Assembly: GCA_051382295.1 (NCBI GenBank)
Contig: JBBCAW010000021.1
Coordinates: forward strand, 64,001 to 128,000
Origin: Bdellovibrionota bacterium FG-1
GTDB taxonomy: Bacteria; Bdellovibrionota; UBA1018
DNA: 64,000 nucleotides
Reading direction: 5' to 3'
Positions 21,285 through 30,320 of this stretch are shown piece by piece (positions within the stretch are counted from its first letter, which is position 1; every line of letters starts with the position of its first letter). Under the pieces are notes generated by a model. That model was given only the letters and a program-made list of their open reading frames with translations, ran no database searches and was not told the DNA's origin. The position numbers were made by a program, and so were the translations under genes.

Positions 21285-23987
21285 TTATTTTCCCAACTGT
21301 TGGCGAAGAACGTAAGGGAGAATTCCCCCATGACGGAAATACTCAACTTCGTTCGGGGTGTCGATGCGCGAACGGGTCGTAAATTCGTGGGTTTTTCCAG
21401 AGCTGTCCGTCGCTTTGACTTTTACATCCGCACCGGGAGTCACCTGGCCCAATCCCAAGATTTCATAAGTTTCTTCGCCGGTCAGGCCGAGTGTTTTAGC
21501 GCTTTCGCCGTCTTTGAATTGAAGAGGAAGAATACCCATTCCGACGAGGTTTGAGCGATGAATTCGTTCAAAACTTTCGGCAATGACGGCTCGAATGCCT
21601 TGGAGCTTAGGACCTTTTGCCGCCCAATCGCGGGATGATCCTGTACCGTATTCTTTGCCCGCAATGACAATGGTGGGGATTTTATCAGCCATATATTGCA
21701 TGGCTGCATCGAAAATGGACATCTGCTTACCTTCGGGCAAGTGACGAGTCACGCCACCCTCAACCCCCGGAACAAGGAGGTTTTTGAGGCGCACATTGGC
21801 AAAGGTTCCTCGCACCATGACTTCGTGGTTTCCCCGGCGAGCGCCATAGGAGTTAAAGTCTTTGGGGGCAACACCTTTGGCGACCAAGTATTGGCCAGCG
21901 GGGCTCTCCTTTTTGAACGAACCTGCCGGAGAGATGTGATCGGTCGTTACTGAGTCACCTAATAAAGCCAGGACGCGGGCTGCATGAATGTCGGTGACGG
22001 GTACCGGAGTGGCGGTGATTCCGTCAAAGAAAGGCGGCTGTTTGATGTAGGTGGATGAAGTGTCCCACTTGTAAAGGTCGCCTGTAGGAACCTGAATGTC
22101 TTGCCATTGCTGCTCACCGCGGAAAACATCGGCGTAGCTCTTGGCAAACTGTTGGGAGGTCACGAACCGACCTACATAGTCAGCCACTTGCTCGTTAGTT
22201 GGCCAAATGTCCTTGAGGTATACGGCTGTTCCATTGACGTCTTTACCGAGCGGCTCATGGGTGAGATCAATTCGCATGGTACCTGCGATGGCGTAAGCCA
22301 CGACCAAGGGGGGTGAGGCCAAGTAATTGGAGCGAACGTTCGGATGGATTCGTCCTTCAAAATTCCGGTTACCAGAAAGGACGGCCGCTACGGCGAGGTC
22401 GCCCTTAACCACCGCATCCTGAATGTGATCGGGCAGAGGGCCTGCGTTTCCGATACAAGTGGTGCAGCCGTAGCCCACGACATGAAACTTGAGGGCTTCC
22501 AAAGAGCTTAAAAGGCCGGCCTCTTTGAGGTAGTCTGTCACCACTTTAGATCCCGGAGCCAAGGAACTCTTCACCCAAGGCTTGATGTTGAGTCCCTTTG
22601 AAACTGCATTTTTGGCTAAAAGTCCTGCAGCAATTAAGACACTCGGGTTGGAGGTATTGGTGCAGCTTGTGATTGCGGTGATGACTACGGCACCCTGTTC
22701 GAGACAATAGTTTTGCCCCGAAGGAGCTTTGACTTCAACTGAAGTCATCTTTTGTTTTTCAAACTCTGCCCCTTGAAGTTGAGGATAATAAGAGGGCAAT
22801 GCTTTCTCGAAAGATTCGCGGGCTTGAGCGAGAGCGACCCTGTCTTGCGGGCGAGCGGGACCTGCTAAGGCAGGCTCTACCTTCCCCAAATCCAGTTCAA
22901 GGGTGTCCGTGTAGGTAGGGTCGGCTTGTGAGCCATCGTACCAGAGTCCTTGCTCTTTAAAATAGGCTTCGACGACGGCCACGCGGTCGCCGCGTCCGGT
23001 GAGTTTCATATAGTCCATCGTCTTAGTGTCTACCGGGAAAATGCCGCAGGTTGCGCCGTATTCGGGAGCCATATTGGCAATCGTGGCGCGGTCTGCAAGG
23101 GTGAGACTGGCTAGGCCTGGTCCATAAAACTCGACAAACTTGCCGACCACGCCTTTTTTGCGAAGCATTTGAGTGACCATGAGCACGAGGTCGGTTGCGG
23201 TGGTGCCAGCGGCCGGTTTGCCGATGAGCTTGAATCCGACGACTTGTGGAATGAGCATCGTGCAAGGCTGGCCTAGAAGTGCGGCTTCGGCTTCGATTCC
23301 GCCGACTCCCCAGCCCAGGCATCCCAGGCCGTTGATCATGGTGGTATGAGAGTCCGTGCCCACCATGGTGTCGGGGTAAAGCCAGTTTTCGCCGCCAATC
23401 TGGCGCTCCATCGCAACGTGCGAAAGAAATTCGAGATTCACTTGGTGCACGATGCCGGTGTCCGGAGGAACTACGCGAAAATTTTTGAAGGCGGTTTGGC
23501 CCCAGCGCAAAAATTCGTAACGCTCTTTATTGCGTTCAAATTCAAGGTCGGCGTTGTCCTTCAATGCCGAAGAACTTCCGAAATGATCGACCTGGACAGA
23601 GTGGTCGATCACAAGATCGGCCGGCTGAAGAGGATTAATCCGGTCGGGGTTGCCGCCCAGACGCTGAACAGCGGCGCGCATAGCCGCAAGGTCCGCGACA
23701 CAGGGTACGCCGGTAAAATCTTGCATCAAAACCCGCGCCGGCATGAATTGAATTTCAGTGTCAGGTTCGGCTTTGGCCTTCCAGTTCGCGAGCGCTTCGA
23801 TGTCCTTCTTTTTAACGGCGACGTTGTCTTCTTGCCGGAGGAGGTTTTCGAGTAAAATTTTCAGCGAGAAGGGGAGCTTACCGAGGGGAATCTGTTTTCC
23901 AAACTCCTTGAGTGAGTGGAAGCGGTAGGCTTTTCCGGCTACGTTTAAAGTTGAAAGTGTTTTGAAGCTGTTGATATTGTGCGTCAT
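21285..23987 (-). CDS. acnA: Aconitate hydratase A
   Basis: QDFTGVP, DHSVQVD, GTDSHT, ITSCTNTS, GYGCTTCIGN, GSSRDWAAKG. Confidence 0.97.
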   Translation of the reverse strand: MTHNINSFKTLSTLNVAGKAYRFHSLKEFGKQIPLGKLPFSLKILLENLLRQEDNVAVKKKDIEALANWKAKAEPDTEIQFMPARVLMQDFTGVPCVADLAAMRAAVQRLGGNPDRINPLQPADLVIDHSVQVDHFGSSSALKDNADLEFERNKERYEFLRWGQTAFKNFRVVPPDTGIVHQVNLEFLSHVAMERQIGGENWLYPDTMVGTDSHTTMINGLGCLGWGVGGIEAEAALLGQPCTMLIPQVVGFKLIGKPAAGTTATDLVLMVTQMLRKKGVVGKFVEFYGPGLASLTLADRATIANMAPEYGATCGIFPVDTKTMDYMKLTGRGDRVAVVEAYFKEQGLWYDGSQADPTYTDTLELDLGKVEPALAGPARPQDRVALAQARESFEKALPSYYPQLQGAEFEKQKMTSVEVKAPSGQNYCLEQGAVVITAITSCTNTSNPSVLIAAGLLAKNAVSKGLNIKPWVKSSLAPGSKVVTDYLKEAGLLSSLEALKFHVVGYGCTTCIGNAGPLPDHIQDAVVKGDLAVAAVLSGNRNFEGRIHPNVRSNYLASPPLVVAYAIAGTMRIDLTHEPLGKDVNGTAVYLKDIWPTNEQVADYVGRFVTSQQFAKSYADVFRGEQQWQDIQVPTGDLYKWDTSSTYIKQPPFFDGITATPVPVTDIHAARVLALLGDSVTTDHISPAGSFKKESPAGQYLVAKGVAPKDFNSYGARRGNHEVMVRGTFANVRLKNLLVPGVEGGVTRHLPEGKQMSIFDAAMQYMADKIPTIVIAGKEYGTGSSRDWAAKGPKLQGIRAVIAESFERIHRSNLVGMGILPLQFKDGESAKTLGLTGEETYEILGLGQVTPGADVKVKATDSSGKTHEFTTRSRIDTPNEVEYFRHGGILPYVLRQQLGK

Positions 23988-24044
23988 ATAGTGAGAGTCT
24001 CCCCACTCACTCTTTCGCACAAAAGATGAGCAGACGTCCAGTCA

Positions 24045-24213
24045 GGAATTCCCGGCGAGGATGTCGGGGTCGGCCTTCCCCCTTTGCAGCACTTCCTGTG
24101 CTGCAAGTGCCCTTTTGGGCACTCGGGCTTCTCGAACAATCCTGTTCTCGAAGGGCCTCCGCGCGAAAAGCGCTTCCTGCGCGCGCGGATCCCCTCATCT
24201 CGCCGGGAATTCC
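24045..24213. repeat. Multi-hairpin palindromic element (REP/MITE-like or structured RNA)
   Basis: Terminal IR GGAATTCCCGGCGAG(G)ATG / CATCTCGCCGGGAATTCC enclosing four hairpins. Confidence 0.75.
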
Positions 24214-24337
24214 CTATGTGGGTCCGGAACAAAAAAGCCACAAAGTTAGAAGCCGATGCCGGCGCCGCCGCTGAGCGTAAATTAGGTATCACGAAGGCGA
24301 CCGTTGGCGAGCGGCCCGAAGTCCTACCCCGATTCTG

Positions 24338-25363
24338 TTACTTCGATTCTGAGTGTTCTAGCGCTGCAATGTCATGCTGAAATACTTTTGTTCGAATGAG
24401 TTCTTTGAGTTCATTGAAATTAAAAAGACCCTTGTTACATAGGTACCCGTAACGATCAGCAACATCGACGAAGTGCACGAGTTGAGCATAGGTTAGGCCC
24501 GGCACGTAATTTTTCACCTTATTATAGAGATGGAAAATAGTTTGACCGCCACCATGATGACTTTCATAAATCATACCGGCCATTTCCTTGGCTTCAGCTA
24601 GCTTTATTTCGTAGGTCGCCTTTTCTACCGCCGGCCAAACTCCTAGAGTCAGCAAACCCTTGAAAAAAGTAGCGCTCACACTGCCCTCGTTGCCGTAGTT
24701 TTCAAGCTCGCGGTCGTGGTTCCATCTCCAGTTAATCATGCGCACGCTGAGTGTATAGGAGTCGATACAGCCTGAATAGTCCTGTGTGTTGGAGGGTTTC
24801 TTGACTGAAAGTCTCAGTACAGTTTCAGGCACGAGATAATCGGAAATCTGGTCCGAAATCCCGTAATCCGAAGAGGCACCACGATTGTGTTCGACTGCAG
24901 CGAGTCCGGCGTATTCGTGATGAATGAGTCGATATTGTTTCGGCGCAGCCGTCGCGGCGAACCGCTCGGTGTTGCAAAGGATGTGGGGCAGACTATCTTT
25001 GACAGAAATGAAGCCTCGGCAGGTTTTGAATTGTCCATTCACACTTACCTTGAGTTCCTCATCTTGGGTGGCGGCTTCTTCTGCCAGCGTGACTGTCCCA
25101 ATTACAACAGCATGGCGAGGAAGGACTTTTCCCATTCCGCTGGCATAGCTCTCGTAAGTGACCGAGGGAGGAAGGGCTAGGCCACGAGCGCCCCCTTCGC
25201 TGATCCATTTCAAGAGATCCGCACGGATCTCATCGATCCTCATTTCGGAGGTAGCATCGCCGCCTCCGCCAGCGCCAACGCCGGCAAATGCCACGGGCAA
25301 GTTCAGCAAAGACGTGGCAAGCACTCCAAACATAAAATAGCGGGACACGGTAAGGAATTTCAT
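24338..25363 (-). CDS. Secreted hypothetical protein with Gly-rich post-signal motif
   Basis: Signal peptide AFA-GVGAGGGGD; LIHHEYAGL zincin-like half motif. Confidence 0.65.
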   Translation of the reverse strand: MKFLTVSRYFMFGVLATSLLNLPVAFAGVGAGGGGDATSEMRIDEIRADLLKWISEGGARGLALPPSVTYESYASGMGKVLPRHAVVIGTVTLAEEAATQDEELKVSVNGQFKTCRGFISVKDSLPHILCNTERFAATAAPKQYRLIHHEYAGLAAVEHNRGASSDYGISDQISDYLVPETVLRLSVKKPSNTQDYSGCIDSYTLSVRMINWRWNHDRELENYGNEGSVSATFFKGLLTLGVWPAVEKATYEIKLAEAKEMAGMIYESHHGGGQTIFHLYNKVKNYVPGLTYAQLVHFVDVADRYGYLCNKGLFNFNELKELIRTKVFQHDIAALEHSESK

Positions 25364-25411
25364 AAAACACTTTCTCTTTCTGGGCTGCACCAGCGGTCTG
25401 CACTCTAGTGG

Positions 25412-25432
25412 AGTTGACTTAATAAGTCAACT
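25412..25432. promoter_or_regulatory. Perfect 10-1-10 palindrome overlapping a sigma-70-like promoter of the 25363 gene
   Basis: AGTTGACTTA-A-TAAGTCAACT; minus strand TTGACT-N17-TAGAGT. Confidence 0.6.
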
Positions 25433-25623
25433 ATTATCGTTCTCAGCATCCCCTTTCCGAATTTCCGAGGATGCCGAGAACGGTCAGCGATTCTCCCCGG
25501 TCGTCAGGTGCAGCCCGAAGGGACTGGGGATTCTTGCTGACGAACGGGTTATATAATGCGGTGCGCCTTACGGATAGATCAATTTTAGCTAATTTGATCT
25601 GCTGAATTTAGTTTTTTGTCTAA

Positions 25624-26177
25624 TAGTACCTTAGAAGATCCCCGGACGTAAGTCCGGGGGTGTATAAGGCTCCCAGGTCTTCTTTTCGTGGTAGAAGCTC
25701 GGTTCATGAGACTACGGAGACAAGCCCACTGCGTATACCGCACGATGTATCACATTGTATGGATACCGAGATATCGATACGCAGTGCTAAACAAGGGTGT
25801 AGCAGCGTACTTGTTGATAAAGTTGGATGAAGTTAGAAAATATCATCCTGAAATTGAATATATTGAGCGGAATGTCCAGCCCGACCACGTTCATATCGTT
25901 GTAAGTTTCCCGCCCAAATATAGCATCTCGCGCGTCGTGCAGCTAATGAAGCAAAACACAGGCCGCGAGCTGCGAGCAAAATTTGAGTTCATACGCAAAC
26001 GTTATTACGGGCGAGGGGGGATGTGGTCGGCTGGGTATTTCGCGTCGACCGTGGGCTTGGACGAGGAGATGATAAAGCGGTACGTGAAGTATCAGCAAAA
26101 AGAAGACCTGGGACAAGCGGAGCTTGCATTGCCCCCTGGTTCCCGAGTGCCACGGACGTAAGTCCGTGGATATCTAA
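25624..26177 (+). mobile_element. IS200/IS605-family insertion sequence, tnpA only
   Basis: Subterminal hairpins CCCCGGAC-GTAA-GTCCGGGG (25640-25659) and CCACGGAC-GTAA-GTCCGTGG (26150-26169); ends inferred from CTAA at 25620-25623 and 26174-26177. Confidence 0.85.
25706..26161 (+). CDS. tnpA: IS200-type HUH (Y1) transposase
   Basis: YHIVWIPRYR, PDHVH (HUH), MWSAGYF, YVKYQ. Confidence 0.95.
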   Translation: MRLRRQAHCVYRTMYHIVWIPRYRYAVLNKGVAAYLLIKLDEVRKYHPEIEYIERNVQPDHVHIVVSFPPKYSISRVVQLMKQNTGRELRAKFEFIRKRYYGRGGMWSAGYFASTVGLDEEMIKRYVKYQQKEDLGQAELALPPGSRVPRT

Positions 26178-26208
26178 TGAGGTTATCCCATTTCTCCGAA
26201 ATGGGAAT

Positions 26209-26961
26209 ATGACTTACGAAAACATGCGATCCCGTATTCAGGTGGTGACTCTCGATAATTTTTATCATTCCTTATATGAACCCAACGCCTGCCAGGTTTT
26301 CATCGATATGGTCAAGTTGCGCGCGGCGGGTTTTGGTCCTGAATATCCTAAATCCTTTTTACCGTTGGAACGGGGTGATTTTTTTGCGCGCCATCATGTG
26401 ATTTATCTGGTGACCGACGGCCAAAGAGAACCCGTTGCTTGTTATAAGCAAATACCCTTGTCGCTTTGTGATTTTTATAAAAATGATTTTCCTCTTTCGG
26501 TCATGATGAAAATGATCGGGGCGGTTTCTCATCTTCAGGAGGTAGAGCGGTTGATCAATCAAGCCAAGCAGACCACACGTGAGGTGATTTACGGGGGAAG
26601 CTTAACCCTCTCTAAGAATTTTCGATTGAACCATCCTTCGGAAAAAGAGCTGTTTTTCGACTTAATGGCTGCTCTTTTTTGTCTCGATTATGCCGAGTTT
26701 GGAAAGCCTTCATGTATTATTGGCGCTGCGACTCGCTTTAAGATCGATCGGTTTTTTGAAAAGGTAGGGTATGAAAGAATGAAAAGTTTCGGTCATTTAC
26801 TAGACCCGGTGCCTGTTATTTCGGCCGCGAATGAACCTGTGGTATTAATGTCTACTGATTGTGTAAGTGAATATGCCAAAAGCTGTCTCGTTGATAATCA
26901 AGACATTCTTGCTTCGCGCGAATGGATCAGAAACAGGGATGAAGAACTCATGGCTGCGTAA
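26209..26961 (+). CDS. GNAT-fold acyltransferase resembling N-acyl amino acid synthase (FeeM)/LuxI superfamily
   Basis: KLRxxGF...D...H...VAC, FPL, GSLTLSKNFR, FFEKVGY pattern; the ORF-track start lies inside the IS, so ATG 26209 used. Confidence 0.5.
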   Translation: MTYENMRSRIQVVTLDNFYHSLYEPNACQVFIDMVKLRAAGFGPEYPKSFLPLERGDFFARHHVIYLVTDGQREPVACYKQIPLSLCDFYKNDFPLSVMMKMIGAVSHLQEVERLINQAKQTTREVIYGGSLTLSKNFRLNHPSEKELFFDLMAALFCLDYAEFGKPSCIIGAATRFKIDRFFEKVGYERMKSFGHLLDPVPVISAANEPVVLMSTDCVSEYAKSCLVDNQDILASREWIRNRDEELMAA

Positions 26962-26965
26962 GAGG

Positions 26966-27877
26966 CTAGTGTGAAACGACGGACAAACGAACCCCAGTGT
27001 CCCGAACGCGATGGCTGGAGTAATCAAAGACAAAGCGGCACACGGGATCTCCGCGGTGCACACATCGAGTTTCTTGGATGTTGGCTAGCGGCATGCCGAT
27101 AAAGCCCGGAAGTCCCGCGAACAATCCAGAGCGGCCGGTGCAAACATGGGGGTTGCCAACCTCGTGTACTCCAAATGCCTCGGAAATCTCAGGTTTGGTT
27201 TTGCTTTCCAGGATGCATTGTTCATGATCCAATTTCATCAGTTGATAGTCGCAGTTTTGCTCAAAGTCCCGAAGCAAAGTCATATAGGCCTGCTCGAGTA
27301 CGCTTTGGGTGGAGCGGAGCTGTGAAAGTTGTTTCCCCATCGGGGTTTCGCGCAGATTGACCACTTGGTGATGCCCTATGGCTTGAAGGTCATTCTCGCT
27401 GAATCCTAGGTTGTTTCGTAGGTAACTATACAGCTCAGTCATAAACCGAATATTGATCGAATCGGTCATCCTGCCCCGCCAAAAGCTGCCTTTGATCTGA
27501 AAGTGCCGATTAATGGTGTGCGTAATATGGGAACCGCGATACTTTTCGGCAAAGCGCATGACATTGATCGCCGAATGTTTGCGACTATTGGCCGCAAAAG
27601 TGTATTTCGGGTGAATCGAGCAGTCGGGGTTTTTCTGGGCGAAAGCGAGGGTATCGAAGTCGAAAGTGTTCTCGTCAAAATCTGAAAGATTCATATCGAG
27701 TTGTTCCGACAGGCGGTACAAACTCAAGAGCGTGAGCGTACTTCTTCTGGATAGGATGAATTGGTATTTTTTTTGAGAAATTTTAAGATATTTGCTGGCC
27801 CAGACGTCTTTTGTGACGCCAAGCGCGGCTCTCGCGGTTTCGAGAGTGTTCACCAGTCGCTTGTCGGTCTCAAACAT
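26966..27877 (-). CDS. HTH-like N-terminus + V4R (4-vinyl reductase) domain protein
   Basis: C-terminal VC...G...ETRCVHRGDPVCRF V4R motif; TAATG coupling to upstream gene. Confidence 0.65.
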   Translation of the reverse strand: MFETDKRLVNTLETARAALGVTKDVWASKYLKISQKKYQFILSRRSTLTLLSLYRLSEQLDMNLSDFDENTFDFDTLAFAQKNPDCSIHPKYTFAANSRKHSAINVMRFAEKYRGSHITHTINRHFQIKGSFWRGRMTDSINIRFMTELYSYLRNNLGFSENDLQAIGHHQVVNLRETPMGKQLSQLRSTQSVLEQAYMTLLRDFEQNCDYQLMKLDHEQCILESKTKPEISEAFGVHEVGNPHVCTGRSGLFAGLPGFIGMPLANIQETRCVHRGDPVCRFVFDYSSHRVRDTGVRLSVVSH

Positions 27878-28767
27878 TAGGCCGCTATCTTGACCCGATA
27901 TAAGCATCGAGGAGCCCCTTTATACAGATTTTCGACCAACGTCACCTTGACGGATCGGTGCCCGCTATAGGTGCTAAAGTTTTGAAAAAATCCTCGGTCA
28001 TAATGGGCAAAGAAATCGCCCAATAAAGGATTGTTTTGGTAATCGAAGGCCTGCATGTGCGCGGCCGGCTCTACCGCTATTTCGAGTTGCTCAGCGCTGG
28101 GGTTGACGTTGAGTAATGAGTAATGAAAGTTGGTCGAATATTTTGCGGCGTTTTCGACAAAGCCCGTGAGAAGCGCAATTTGATTGGACGATATAAATTC
28201 ATAAAGATGATGGAGGGAGCCGTGCATTTCGGGGTTACCGGCCGTGCGGGTCGCTAGTTCAGCATCTTTGCTGGTCATGCTATTTTTTCGAACGATGGTT
28301 TCACAAAGATCAATCGTGAAATTGAAGTTAATGGTTGCGCTGAGGTTGATAAAAAAATCGGGGTCGAGCTTGATGTCACTGAAAAATCGAGCGAGCCCTC
28401 GTTCTCCCAGTGTTTCTTTCGCGAAGTCGAGAAGTGGCAGGAGTGACCGGACTTTGGAGCCTTTTTCAAAGGCGTAGCGCTGAGGGAGGCGAATGGCGCT
28501 CTCTTTTTGTTCCATTTCAAACAAACCATGGGTCAAGGAGTCAGGAGAAATTCCTGAGGATTGGCAGAAAGTAAACCATTGGGACGCTGTCAGGAATTGT
28601 TTTCCACTTTCAATGCGCGAAAGCGCACTTTGGTCCAGCCCCAGCGTGGGGGCCACTTCAGTTTGGTTGAATCCCAGGTGCTTTCGGGTGGCTTGTAAAA
28701 GCTTGCCGATGCGCATAACGATCGCCTGATCTGGGTCGACTTTCTTTGAAATCCTATTTTCTATCAT
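27877..28767 (-). CDS. XRE-family HTH regulator with V4R-like C-terminal domain
   Basis: RKHLGFNQTEVA...DQSALSRIESG; C-terminal ENLYKGAPRCLY parallels the neighbour's V4R. Confidence 0.75.
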   Translation of the reverse strand: MIENRISKKVDPDQAIVMRIGKLLQATRKHLGFNQTEVAPTLGLDQSALSRIESGKQFLTASQWFTFCQSSGISPDSLTHGLFEMEQKESAIRLPQRYAFEKGSKVRSLLPLLDFAKETLGERGLARFFSDIKLDPDFFINLSATINFNFTIDLCETIVRKNSMTSKDAELATRTAGNPEMHGSLHHLYEFISSNQIALLTGFVENAAKYSTNFHYSLLNVNPSAEQLEIAVEPAAHMQAFDYQNNPLLGDFFAHYDRGFFQNFSTYSGHRSVKVTLVENLYKGAPRCLYRVKIAA

Positions 28768-28962
28768 CGTCTTAGTTGAATGCCATATTTCAAGCAAAAT
28801 TGCGAGCCAGGAAGAATGCGCGACGCATTAATATTGGAATTCCTATAAATCCCGCCCGAACAGTGCTAGACTAGCCCTGGTAGTGCATCCGTCCGCGTCA
28901 GAGTCCTCGAGCATGGTGCTCATGTCCTCTTTAGCGGCTTTTACGCTTAAAGTGGGCTTTAC

Positions 28963-28998
28963 ATGAGTACTCAACTTTACGTTGGCAATCGTTGGTAA
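28963..28998 (+). pseudogene. 11-aa ORF matching the N-terminus of RRM RNA-binding proteins
   Basis: ATG..TAA = MSTQLYVGNRW*, containing RNP-2-like LYVGN. Confidence 0.5.
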
Positions 28999-29027
28999 TG
29001 AATGGGTTGCACGGCTGTAATTTTTTT

Positions 29028-29062
29028 AGGGGCAAGGCTGTTCGACGGTCTTGCCCCTTTTT
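29028..29062 (+). terminator. Intrinsic terminator just upstream of helicase gene
   Basis: GGGGCAAGGCTG-TTCGA-CGGTCTTGCCCC then TTTTT. Confidence 0.7.
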
Positions 29063-29077
29063 ATTAAGATTGAAGAG

Positions 29078-30298
29078 ATGGAAAAATCGATAGAACAACA
29101 GGACTTAATAGATCAGGAAGCGAATTGGGATTTTTTGGGCCTTTCGCCCCAATCCCTCGAGGTCATTGCCAAAGCAGGCTATACAAAGCCAACCGCTGTT
29201 CAGGTTCAAGGGATCCCTATTGCGCTAGAGGGCAAGGATCTCATTGCCTCCGCCCAAACCGGTACGGGTAAGACCGCGACTTTTGTCCTCCCGATGATCG
29301 AAGCGTTCGTGGGCCGAAAGGGGACCTTTGGCCTCGTCTTGGCGCCAACACGTGAAATCGCTCAACAAATTGATGCTACGATTAAGGTGCTCGGTGGCCC
29401 GCTGGGAATTGAATCGATCGTCCTCATCGGTGGTGTCAATATGCGCCACGATGCAATAGCGCTTCAATCCTATCCTCAAATCATTGTGGCGACCCCAGGG
29501 CGCCTTTGTGATCATTTGGATCGGGGAAATATTTGGCTCGATTATATTGAAATTGTCGTTTTGGACGAAGCGGATCGTATGCTGGATATGGGTTTTTCGG
29601 ACCAATTAGCCCGCATTACCTCCGATCTTCCCCGGCAACGTCAAACATTATTGTTTTCGGCAACCATTACGCCTACCGTTCGTCGTTTGGCTGAAAAGAT
29701 TCTTTATCAGCCTCAAAGTGTGAATATCGGCAAACCTCTGACCGCAGCTATATCGGTGGAGCAACGCGTGCTTTTTGTGGCGGAAGAATCCAAAAATCGC
29801 GAATTGCATCGTATTTTGCGAAAAGAACCCGGGAGCGTGATTGTTTTTACCCGTTCCAAAGACGGAGCCACCCGCGTCTGGCGCTCTCTTCATAGTGCCG
29901 GATTTTACGACGCCACCTATATTCATTCGGATCGTTTGCAGAGTCATCGCGAACAAGCGCTGGCGGAGTTCAAAGAAGGCAAATACCGGATTTTGATTGC
30001 CACGGACGTCGCCGCACGAGGACTGCATATCGATGACGTCTCGTTGGTGATTAATTACGATCTTCCGATGGAAGCTGAAGATTACGTTCATCGAATTGGC
30101 CGGACTGGGCGAGCGGGGGCGACGGGGAGGGCTTTGACCTTTGTGACCCCTCGCGATCGGCGTGGGCTCAATGATATTGAGCGATTACTGGGGCGCGAGT
30201 TGGCCTCCATCGGCGAAAGCGGTTCGCGTGATGCAACCCCTGAACATGCCCCAGCGACACCTCAAAGGCCGCACCGAAGGCGTCGAAAACCCGCATGA
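29078..30298 (+). CDS. DEAD-box RNA helicase (RhlE-like)
   Basis: Q motif, AQTGTGKT, PTRE, TPGR, DEAD, SAT, ARGL, HRIGRTGR. Confidence 0.95.
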   Translation: MEKSIEQQDLIDQEANWDFLGLSPQSLEVIAKAGYTKPTAVQVQGIPIALEGKDLIASAQTGTGKTATFVLPMIEAFVGRKGTFGLVLAPTREIAQQIDATIKVLGGPLGIESIVLIGGVNMRHDAIALQSYPQIIVATPGRLCDHLDRGNIWLDYIEIVVLDEADRMLDMGFSDQLARITSDLPRQRQTLLFSATITPTVRRLAEKILYQPQSVNIGKPLTAAISVEQRVLFVAEESKNRELHRILRKEPGSVIVFTRSKDGATRVWRSLHSAGFYDATYIHSDRLQSHREQALAEFKEGKYRILIATDVAARGLHIDDVSLVINYDLPMEAEDYVHRIGRTGRAGATGRALTFVTPRDRRGLNDIERLLGRELASIGESGSRDATPEHAPATPQRPHRRRRKPA

Positions 30299-30320
30299 TT
30301 CAAGCGCAAGAGGCGATGGC

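Noticed and set aside
24045..24340. Integron attC site, SRP RNA or known riboswitch
   Set aside because: No properly placed AAC/GTT R boxes around the stem, no IntI, no SRP or riboswitch consensus recognised
23984..24380. Several overlapping 60-100 aa ORFs
   Set aside because: By-products of GC-rich palindromic DNA; no protein motifs
25382..25548. Retron msr-msd
   Set aside because: Inverted repeats present but no reverse transcriptase in the window
26023..26961. TnpB/IscB downstream of tnpA
   Set aside because: No RuvC or zinc-finger motifs, and the ORF body lies outside the right-end hairpin
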